From positions 1 to 64,000 of the forward strand of contig JAYZFK010000005.1 of NCBI GenBank assembly GCA_036336835.1: DNA of 64,000 nt, read 5' to 3'. The notes beneath the pieces were generated by a model, which saw only the letters and a program-made list of their open reading frames with translations, had not been told where the DNA came from and made no database searches. A program made the translations under genes and the position numbers. Positions 7,309 through 15,207 of this stretch are shown one piece after another. Within the stretch, counting starts at the first letter, position 1, and each line of letters starts with the position of its first letter. Source of the DNA: Myxococcota bacterium. Lineage in GTDB: Bacteria > Myxococcota_A > UBA9160 > UBA4427.

Positions 7309-8691
7309 TTACGCAAGACGTCCGGGTCGAGCAAGCGGCAGCGAGGCCAGCAGCAGCAGCAACGGCATCAGGGGCAGTCGAAACCGGGTCAGTCCGAAGG
7401 CCAGCGCCGAGACGGCGCTGAAGTACGCAACGCACGCGAGCAGCAGCCAGACCCTCCGATCCGCGACGGCCAGCACGACCCCCGCCGAGGCGAGTACGCA
7501 GACCGCGACGTAGGCGAGCACTGCCACGGCCGAGACTCCAACCCGCACCGGCCGCGAGACGTCCCCGTAGGCACCGATCTCGAAATGACGCAGCAGGAAC
7601 GAGGTCGGATTCCACATGTCCACGAGCTTGGTCGCGGCATTGCGCACCGCACGCGCTGGATCGTCTCGGATCGCCCGCCAGGCGGCCTCGCTCGCGTAGC
7701 CGGCAATGGCGAGATCCGTGGGCTCCGCATACGGCCGGGCCAGCCGGAAGCCCTCGATCAGCGCGCGCCCGTCGAGGCTCGCCACCGGGTGGAGCGGAAG
7801 CGACTCGAAGGGCCAACTGTAGTGTGGAACACCCGGCATCGAGTGCGTCAGCAACGCTCCCGGCGCGTTGCCGCGCCACAAGTTGTATGGACCGTTGGTG
7901 TCGATCAGCACGAACCCGTCGTGCAGCAGAGTGTTGCGGATCGACCAGGGAGCAATCACGGCAAGTGCCACACCGAGCACCAGGCCAGCGCGCGCCAGCC
8001 CTGGGCCGAGGCGAGGCAGCGGCGGACGAGGAAGCCCCCTGGCGCCGTCGGCGAGCAGCCATGGCCACAGCGCGAGCAGCGGTGCGAGGTAGACGATCGT
8101 GCCACGAGTGAGCGCGGCCGCGCCCAGCACCACGCCGGCCAGTGCGGCTCGGCGGAGGGACGGCAGCCGACCGGGGCCGGCACACATCAGCAGCCACAGC
8201 AGCAGCAGCAGCTCGAAGACGAAGAGCGTCTCGGCCCACAACAGGTGCGAGTAGGCGATCAGGTTCGGATACAGCGCGCACATCCAGGCCGCGATCCGTC
8301 CGGCACGAGAGCCGAACCAGCTCGTCGCGAGCATGAGCAGCAGCACGCACGAAGCAGCCGACAGCACGCACTGCACGAGCTTGACGGCGAGCAGGCTGCG
8401 CCCGCTGATCGCCATCACGCCGGCAACGAAGGTCGGGTAGCCGGGTGGCTGGTAGGCACCCGGATACTGCGGCAGCTCCATGATCTTCCAGCCGGGATGG
8501 CGCACCCACGACTGGTACGAGCCGATGTAGCCGCGGCCGTCGAGCAGCGCCTCGGCGCGCGCGGTGTAGGCGATCTCGTCCAGCACGAGCTCGGCTCCGG
8601 AGCCCGCCCACAGCGCCGCGACCCGGATCGCGAGCGCGAACCCGAAGACGGCCCACGCGGCGCTTCGGAACCCAGCCGTCGAATCCAGCAT
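7309..8691 (-). CDS. GT-C fold (ArnT/PMT, family 39-like) membrane glycosyltransferase
   Basis: LDEIAY acidic motif after TM1, YQPPGYP, ETLF, ALTR, PWSIRN, RFRLP; many TM helices; start inferred at MLDST. Confidence 0.8.
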   Translation of the reverse strand: MLDSTAGFRSAAWAVFGFALAIRVAALWAGSGAELVLDEIAYTARAEALLDGRGYIGSYQSWVRHPGWKIMELPQYPGAYQPPGYPTFVAGVMAISGRSLLAVKLVQCVLSAASCVLLLMLATSWFGSRAGRIAAWMCALYPNLIAYSHLLWAETLFVFELLLLLWLLMCAGPGRLPSLRRAALAGVVLGAAALTRGTIVYLAPLLALWPWLLADGARGLPRPPLPRLGPGLARAGLVLGVALAVIAPWSIRNTLLHDGFVLIDTNGPYNLWRGNAPGALLTHSMPGVPHYSWPFESLPLHPVASLDGRALIEGFRLARPYAEPTDLAIAGYASEAAWRAIRDDPARAVRNAATKLVDMWNPTSFLLRHFEIGAYGDVSRPVRVGVSAVAVLAYVAVCVLASAGVVLAVADRRVWLLLACVAYFSAVSALAFGLTRFRLPLMPLLLLLASLPLARPGRLA

Positions 8692-8759
8692 CCGACCCTT
8701 GCTTGCTGCGCCCGGGCAGATTCCGGACGATCTGCCACACGGTGGCGGGGGGAGAGCGA

Positions 8760-10355
8760 TTGTATCGAACGTTCGGACGACGAGCCGAGAGCGCCGGGTT
8801 CGTCGTCGCGGTCGCGGCCACGGCACTGGCGGCCGCGGCCTGTCACGACGGCAGCGGCGAGCTGTCCCCGCAGCGGCCGAACATCCTGTTCGTCGTCTGG
8901 GACACGGTGCGCGCCGACCGCATGAGTCTGTACGGTCATCGGCGCGAGACGACGCCGAAAGTCGACGCCTGGGCACAGCAGGCGCTGGTGTTCGACGACG
9001 CAATCTCCGCCGCGGGCTACACGGTGCCGTCTCACGCCTCGATGTTCACCGGATTGTTGCCCAGCGAGCACTGCACCAGCGGCGAGGCGAGCACACTCGG
9101 TGAGGAACACACCACGCTCGCCGAGCTGCTGCGCGACGCAGGCTACGCGACGTTCTTGTACTCGGAGAATCCCCACCTCTCGTCTCACCGGCGCTTGACG
9201 CAGGGCTTCGAGCGCAGCGAGCACCCCTGGAGCGACCGGTACTTCGAGCGCGCTCTCCAGATCCTGAAGCAGAAGGTGCGGGGCGACCGCAGCAGCGAGC
9301 TCGGCGAGCGCGTCGCCGCGATGGAGCGCGGCGAGAGCGAGCTCACGCCGTGGAACGTGAAGGCGGCGGGTTCGCTGGCCGGAGAGGCGCTGCTGGACTT
9401 CCTCGATGAGCTCGATCCCGGACGACCGTTCTTCGCCTTCATCAACTACATGGAGGCACATCGACCCTACATCCCGCCGCGGCGCTTCCGTGAGCGCTTC
9501 ATGACCTCTGTCGAGGTCGAAGCGTCCTATGCGGTCGACCGCTCGTGGGACGCGATCTGGGAGTTCACGTTCGGCGCCCGGGAGCTATCGGACGAAGATC
9601 TGATGTTGACACGGGCAACCTACGACGCGGCGCTACTCGAGCTCGACGACCTGTTCGCGTCGCTGCTGGACTCGCTCGAGCGACGCGGCGTGCTCGACGA
9701 CACGATCGTCGTGCTGACCGCCGACCACGGGGAACATCTCGGAGAGCAGCACATGTTCGATCACCAGTCGACCCTGTATCAGCCGGCGCTGCGAGTACCA
9801 CTCGTGCTCTACCACCGGGATCTCCTGCCGGCGGCCCGGAGCGCCACGCCGGTCATGAACTTCGATCTGTTCCCGACGCTGCTCGAGCTCGCGGACGTGT
9901 CGGTGCCCGAGAACCTGCACGTCTCGGCACGCAGCCTGCTCGCACCGAGCGCCGAGCGCGAGCGCCTGGCCGAGAGCATCACGGCACAGAGCGCTGGCGT
10001 CATCGCCATGCGACGCCTGCACCCCGGCTGGGATCCGACGGCCTGGATCCGGACTCAGCGAGCGCTGTTCCGCGGGCGCTACAAGTGGATCGCCAGCTCG
10101 ACCGGGGCAAACGAGCTCTACGACCTGCGCGCCGATCCCGGCGAGCTGCACGACGTCGCGTCGCTGCGCGAGATCGACGCCGCCTCGATGCGCGCTGCAC
10201 TCGAGCGGGCAACTTCCAAACTGGTGGCTTGCAGCGGAGGCGGGGCGCCGGCGGTGGACGAGCGCGAGCGCGAGCTGTTACAGCAACTGGGCTACGAGTC
10301 GTCGTCGGAGGGCGAGGAGTCCTCGAACTCCGAGCAGCGCGCCGGCTCGAGGTAG
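8760..10355 (+). CDS. Sulfatase-like hydrolase/transferase lipoprotein
   Basis: RPNILFVVWDTVRAD, YTVPSHASMFTG, EAHRPY, ADHGE, ELYDLRADPGE, LGY; lipobox LAAAAC; start uncertain (8703 or 8760). Confidence 0.85.
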   Translation: MYRTFGRRAESAGFVVAVAATALAAAACHDGSGELSPQRPNILFVVWDTVRADRMSLYGHRRETTPKVDAWAQQALVFDDAISAAGYTVPSHASMFTGLLPSEHCTSGEASTLGEEHTTLAELLRDAGYATFLYSENPHLSSHRRLTQGFERSEHPWSDRYFERALQILKQKVRGDRSSELGERVAAMERGESELTPWNVKAAGSLAGEALLDFLDELDPGRPFFAFINYMEAHRPYIPPRRFRERFMTSVEVEASYAVDRSWDAIWEFTFGARELSDEDLMLTRATYDAALLELDDLFASLLDSLERRGVLDDTIVVLTADHGEHLGEQHMFDHQSTLYQPALRVPLVLYHRDLLPAARSATPVMNFDLFPTLLELADVSVPENLHVSARSLLAPSAERERLAESITAQSAGVIAMRRLHPGWDPTAWIRTQRALFRGRYKWIASSTGANELYDLRADPGELHDVASLREIDAASMRAALERATSKLVACSGGGAPAVDERERELLQQLGYESSSEGEESSNSEQRAGSR

Positions 10356-11749
10356 CCTAGAGCACACAGCTCGCGCAGCCGCTGCGGATCGAGCCCGCCA
10401 TCGACCACCTCGGCCGCCCCTCTGCGCAACAGCAGCCCGCGCTCGCGGCGCGCCGCAATCAACGCCAGCGTGCGCTCGCGCAGCGACTCGAGCACCTCGG
10501 TGTGGGTCTGGGAGACATCGCGCAGCTCGTAGGGATCGACATCGAGATCGAACAGCCACTCCTCGACGCGCTCGTCGTCGAGCTCGATCCGAAAGTACTT
10601 GAAGCTCTCGTCGGTGAGCGCGTACTTGAGCGGCTCGTCGCGCTCGCGGCCGGTGTCCTGACTCAGGATGGGAGCGGCGCGGAAGCCCGGAGCGAACACG
10701 TCCCGCCCGAGAGCCTTTCCGAGGAACTCGTCGAACTCCGCCACACCCAGCCGCGACAGGAGCGACGGCAGGATATCGGCCGAGGTGAGCAACGTGTCGA
10801 TTCGACGCGGAGGCTCGCCCGGGATCCGGATGACGAGCGGCGCGCGGAGCTGCTCCGTCCAGGTGCTGCCGTGCGCAGCCTCGCCGTGCTGACACAGCCC
10901 CTCGCCGTGATCGCCGGCGACGACGACTGCCGTGCGCTGCCAGGCGCCATCACCGTGGGCGCGCAAGGCGTCGAGCAGGCGGCCCAGCTGGAAATCCTGA
11001 TACAAGAGCTCCGCATCGTAATCGTTCGTGGTCGAGCGCGCGGTGTCGAAGGCACCGACCAGGGCCCGCGGCGCCGTCGCGTGGATCTCGCGCTGGGCGA
11101 TGAACGCCTCGAGAGCAGCGTCGAGCTGAAAGCGGCCGCGATACGGTGGCAACGGTTCGAACGGAAAGTGCGCGTCGTAGAGGTGGACCCACAGGAAGAA
11201 GGGCTGGTCGGCGGCGAGCGAATCGAGCCAGGCGATTGCCGCGCTGGCAGTGTGCTCGCCCTGGCGTTGCTTGTCTTCGGGCTGATCGAAGGTGTCGAAG
11301 CCGACCTCGATGCCGCTGCCTCGCTTGAGCGGCGCGGCGCTGACGAAGGCGGCTGTCGCGTAGCCCGCCTCGCGCGCCACCATCGCGAACGAGACCAGCT
11401 CGGGCGCGGGTACGAAACGCTTACCGCCCTGCGTGGCATTGGCGAGCACGCCGTGCTCCAGCGGATGGCTCGAAGTCAGGATCGAGAGGTGAGACGGCAG
11501 CGTCGTCGCGATCGGCACGATCAGCCGTTCGAAGGTGATCGCCTCGGCCGCGAAGGCATCGAAGTGCGGGGAGGTGTCGCGGAAATAGCCGTAGGTACCG
11601 AGGTGGTCGGCGCGTGTGGTGTCGAGCGTGATCAGGACGATGTTGGGTCGTTCCGCAACCAGGGTCTCCGGCCCGCGCTCGCCACAGCCAGCCGCCGCGA
11701 GCACCGCGACAGCGAACATCAGGGACGCAGTGGGCTGGATCGTCGACAT
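10292..11749 (-). CDS. Sulfatase-like hydrolase/transferase lipoprotein
   Basis: PNIVLITLDTTRADH, TTLPSHLSILT, DAHFP, GDHGE, LFDLDVDPYE, LCALGY; lipobox AAAGC. Confidence 0.87.
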   Translation of the reverse strand: MSTIQPTASLMFAVAVLAAAGCGERGPETLVAERPNIVLITLDTTRADHLGTYGYFRDTSPHFDAFAAEAITFERLIVPIATTLPSHLSILTSSHPLEHGVLANATQGGKRFVPAPELVSFAMVAREAGYATAAFVSAAPLKRGSGIEVGFDTFDQPEDKQRQGEHTASAAIAWLDSLAADQPFFLWVHLYDAHFPFEPLPPYRGRFQLDAALEAFIAQREIHATAPRALVGAFDTARSTTNDYDAELLYQDFQLGRLLDALRAHGDGAWQRTAVVVAGDHGEGLCQHGEAAHGSTWTEQLRAPLVIRIPGEPPRRIDTLLTSADILPSLLSRLGVAEFDEFLGKALGRDVFAPGFRAAPILSQDTGRERDEPLKYALTDESFKYFRIELDDERVEEWLFDLDVDPYELRDVSQTHTEVLESLRERTLALIAARRERGLLLRRGAAEVVDGGLDPQRLRELCALGYLEPARCSEFEDSSPSDDDS

Positions 11750-11797
11750 GGAAGGCGGGCGCCTCGCGGGTCGCGCTGGATTAGCACACGCCCCGGC

Positions 11798-13282
11798 CTA
11801 GTAGCCCACGCGGCGACGCGAGAGACGGACGACGACCTCGCCCGGGCTCGGTTGTTCGGGGCCTTCCGGGAGCACTCCTTCCGCCACGCCGAGCACGCGC
11901 ACGCTGCGCTCGGGATGAACCAGGTCGGCCCAGGCCTGTACCGAGTAGTCCGACAAGATCGCTGCTCCCGACACCCCTGGGATTCCCTCGCGCGGGTGGG
12001 CCCACATCGGCAGCGGCGGCGCGTCCACCCGCTGGCCGGGGACGCTGGCCACGATCCGTCGATCGAGCTCCTCCAGGAACTCGTCGGCCACCTCGGTCGC
12101 ACGCTGCCACTCCCCGTAGCTGTGGAACCAGGGCGCGAAGCTCGCCTGCCACAGACCCACTGCGCCCAGCAGCAGCGCGGCCGCCGCGCAGGTCGAACGC
12201 GTCGCCACGGCGTGAGCGCGGGCACAGGAGACCCGCACCAGCCACCCGATCAGCGCGGTAAAGGAGATCGCGCCGCCGACTGCCGGAAGCATGTAGTACC
12301 AGGCGCCCACCCAGCCGGCGCCCGCGTAGGGAAGCGCGAACACGGCGCCCCAGCAGAAGCCGAACCCGATCGCGCTCAGCTCGCTCGCGCCGTCGAGTGG
12401 GGACGAGCGTCGCGCGAGCAGCAGCCCGCCGGCCGCGAGCGCGAGACCTGCGAGCAGCCCGAGCTGCGCGAGCGGCGTCTTGGCGGCCCCGAACAGGACC
12501 ACCCCGCGTGCGAGCTCACTGGCGACCCCGGGAGCCAGGGCCAGCGTGCCGAGCACGCTGAGGCCTTCGCGATGGCCGCCCAGCCCGTCGAGCAACGTCA
12601 GCCGGACGGCGAGCGCCAGGGCCGCGAGCGCGAGCGCGGGCGAGGCAGCGTCGAACGCGGCGCGAGCACGAGCCGCGATCCCCCGCTCATCGCCCAACCC
12701 CGCGGCGGCCGCCGCGACGAGCAGCGGCACCGCGTAGCCACTCTCCTTGGAGAGAATCGCCAGCAACGAGACGACGCCGGCAGCCAGAGCGCGCCGCGAC
12801 AGGGTCAGCACCACCGCCGAGATGGCGAAGACACAGCACAGCAGGTCGGCGCGGCGGGCCGGGATCGGAACGATCTCGTAATAAGAAGGATGGAGCGCGA
12901 AGACCGTCGGAAGCGCGATCGCCATCCAGCGCGATCGCGCACCGCCGATCTTCTCGCCCAGCGCGCCGAGCCCCAGCAGCAGGACCGTGAACAGCAGCGC
13001 GCCAGTCAGCTGGTAGCCGAACGGATCCAGCCCCCACAGCGCCTCGTCGAGGGCGAAGGTCGCGCTCGCCAGCGGCCGATAGAACGCACTCGGATAACGC
13101 CCGTCCATCAGCCGCTCGACGAACAGGTCCGCGAAGTCGCCCGGCGATTCCACGCGGGCACTCGCAATCAGCGGATGGGTGTCGAACCCGATCAGGCCGT
13201 AGTGCCGGGTCTCGGCGAAGAGCGCGGCGCCCGCGGCGAGAGCGACGGCGATCGCGAGCGAACGCACGGCGAGCCCGGACAT
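11798..13282 (-). CDS. GT-C/TMTC-like membrane glycosyltransferase without TPRs
   Basis: FYRPL, LWGLDPFGYQL, HPSYYE, RRADLL, SKE motifs; polytopic membrane protein. Confidence 0.7.
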   Translation of the reverse strand: MSGLAVRSLAIAVALAAGAALFAETRHYGLIGFDTHPLIASARVESPGDFADLFVERLMDGRYPSAFYRPLASATFALDEALWGLDPFGYQLTGALLFTVLLLGLGALGEKIGGARSRWMAIALPTVFALHPSYYEIVPIPARRADLLCCVFAISAVVLTLSRRALAAGVVSLLAILSKESGYAVPLLVAAAAAGLGDERGIAARARAAFDAASPALALAALALAVRLTLLDGLGGHREGLSVLGTLALAPGVASELARGVVLFGAAKTPLAQLGLLAGLALAAGGLLLARRSSPLDGASELSAIGFGFCWGAVFALPYAGAGWVGAWYYMLPAVGGAISFTALIGWLVRVSCARAHAVATRSTCAAAALLLGAVGLWQASFAPWFHSYGEWQRATEVADEFLEELDRRIVASVPGQRVDAPPLPMWAHPREGIPGVSGAAILSDYSVQAWADLVHPERSVRVLGVAEGVLPEGPEQPSPGEVVVRLSRRRVGY

Positions 13283-13377
13283 CGCGACCGAGCATACAGA
13301 ACCCGCGAGCCGGAATCGGTACCCTCGCGCCTTGGGCTGGATGCGCGAGCCAGGCGCGCGTCAGGGGGAGTGGCAAC

Positions 13378-15177
13378 GTGCAATCGAGGATCGCCTTCGC
13401 GCTCGTTGCGCTGAGCGTGCTCCTCCACTGGCCGTTCGGACAGCCCGACTTCGTGTACGACGACGTCGACTTGGTTCTCGAGAACGCAAGCCTCCGCTCG
13501 TTCGGCGGCACGTTCGAGGCGATGATCGAGCCGTTCCCGCCCGATCAGCCCGAGCGAGGCCTCTACCGGCCCATCGCCACGCTCTCCCATGCTGTCGACT
13601 TCGCGGTGTTCGAGTTCGAGCCAGACGGCCATCACATCGTGAACGTCGTGCTGTACGGCGCGCTGGTCTGGCTGGTGTACGCGCTGGCTCGCGCCTGGTT
13701 CGGGGACGCCAGTCCGACCGCCGTGGCCGCGGCGCTGCTGTTCGCGGTGCATCCGGTCCACTGCGACGCGGTCGACACGGTGTCAGGTCGCTCGGAGGTG
13801 CTGGCGCTCGTATTCGTGGTGTCCTCGATCCTGCTGTTCCTGCGCGCATCGCCACCCGGCGACGAGCGCCCGAGGCGCGGCATCGGGGCGGCGTCGGGCT
13901 TGCTGTATCTGCTCGGCTGTGGAACCAAGGAGACGGCCGTACTGCTGCCGGCCGTCCTGGTCCTGCATCTGCTCGCTCGCGACGGCGCGCCGGGCGGAGC
14001 GCTCGCGTTCGCCAAGCGGGCCCTCGACCACACCAGCCTGCATCTCGGGATCGCGTGCATCTATCTGGCCGTTCGACTCGAGGTGCTCGGCGGTTTCGGC
14101 CCGGCACAGCCAGTGCTGGAGGGAATCGGTCTGCTCGCGCGAACGTCTATCGCTGGAGCCGTGTTCGCGGAATATCTGCGCCTGCTCGTGTGGCCGGATG
14201 TGCTGCAGCTCGATTTCTACTACCAGCAGACGATCGGGCTGCCTGGAACCCCGACCCTCCAGTCCGTCGTCGGCTGGGTCGCTGCGCTGGCGCTGTTGCT
14301 CGGATGGACGACCGCGGCGGTCGCCGCGTTGCGCGGGCGGCCGACCTCCCTGGCCTCCCCTCGCGGCCTGTGGATCGCCGGTCTGGGGAGCGCCTGTGTG
14401 TTCCTGCTTCCCGTCTCACACCTGCTCGATATCGGCGCACTGATGGCAGAGCGCTTCTTGTTCGCGCCATCGCTCGGCTTCGTCCTGTTCGCAACGGGGC
14501 TCGCATCGCATTTCCTGCAGCGACACGTGGCCGACCACAGGACGCGGCGACTCGTAGCCGTGGTCGCCGTGGCCGGGCTTGCCGTAGCGGGCGGCCTGCG
14601 CAGCGGTCTGCGGGCCGCCGAGTGGCGTGACGGCATCCAGCTGTGGGAGTCGCTCTCACGCCTCACCCCGGGCGACTACCGGACGTACTCCAACGCCGCA
14701 ACCCACTGGATCGCACGAGGCGACTACGAGGCGGCGGAGCGGGCCTTGCGAACCGCACTCACACTCGAGACCGGTGATCCCGCAGTACACACCAACCTTG
14801 CCGTGGTGCTGATGGAGCGCGGCGAACTGGCCGCCGCCGAATCGATCCACCGGGTATTGCTCGAGACGAACCCGGCCGACGTCCACGCCTGGCACAGCCT
14901 CGGCGTGATCGAGCTGCGCCGCGAACGGGTCGCCCAAGCCCTGACCTACTTCGAGCGCGCGCTGGTCGCCAACCCCAACTTCGAGCCCGCGCGCCGCCAG
15001 GCTGAGCAGGCGCGCAAACGAATCGAATTCGCCCGCCGCTACATCCACCAGAACCGGGGCCGGGCTCGAGAATCCGAGGATCCCGACTTTCGGTCCACCT
15101 TCCAGCGAGCCTGCAAGATCGCCGGTGAAGACTGCGGGGAGCAACCGGTCCCGACGGGGTCGGAATCGAGCCCTTGA
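13378..15177 (+). CDS. TMTC-like (protein O-mannosyltransferase-like) membrane protein with C-terminal TPRs
   Basis: FVYDD...EN, LYRPI, HPVHCDAV..VSGRSEVL, KE, AERFLF, W....LW then TPR helices. Confidence 0.82.
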   Translation: MQSRIAFALVALSVLLHWPFGQPDFVYDDVDLVLENASLRSFGGTFEAMIEPFPPDQPERGLYRPIATLSHAVDFAVFEFEPDGHHIVNVVLYGALVWLVYALARAWFGDASPTAVAAALLFAVHPVHCDAVDTVSGRSEVLALVFVVSSILLFLRASPPGDERPRRGIGAASGLLYLLGCGTKETAVLLPAVLVLHLLARDGAPGGALAFAKRALDHTSLHLGIACIYLAVRLEVLGGFGPAQPVLEGIGLLARTSIAGAVFAEYLRLLVWPDVLQLDFYYQQTIGLPGTPTLQSVVGWVAALALLLGWTTAAVAALRGRPTSLASPRGLWIAGLGSACVFLLPVSHLLDIGALMAERFLFAPSLGFVLFATGLASHFLQRHVADHRTRRLVAVVAVAGLAVAGGLRSGLRAAEWRDGIQLWESLSRLTPGDYRTYSNAATHWIARGDYEAAERALRTALTLETGDPAVHTNLAVVLMERGELAAAESIHRVLLETNPADVHAWHSLGVIELRRERVAQALTYFERALVANPNFEPARRQAEQARKRIEFARRYIHQNRGRARESEDPDFRSTFQRACKIAGEDCGEQPVPTGSESSP

Positions 15178-15207
15178 CGCCCGCAAGTGTCACGGGCAAG
15201 GCGCCGC

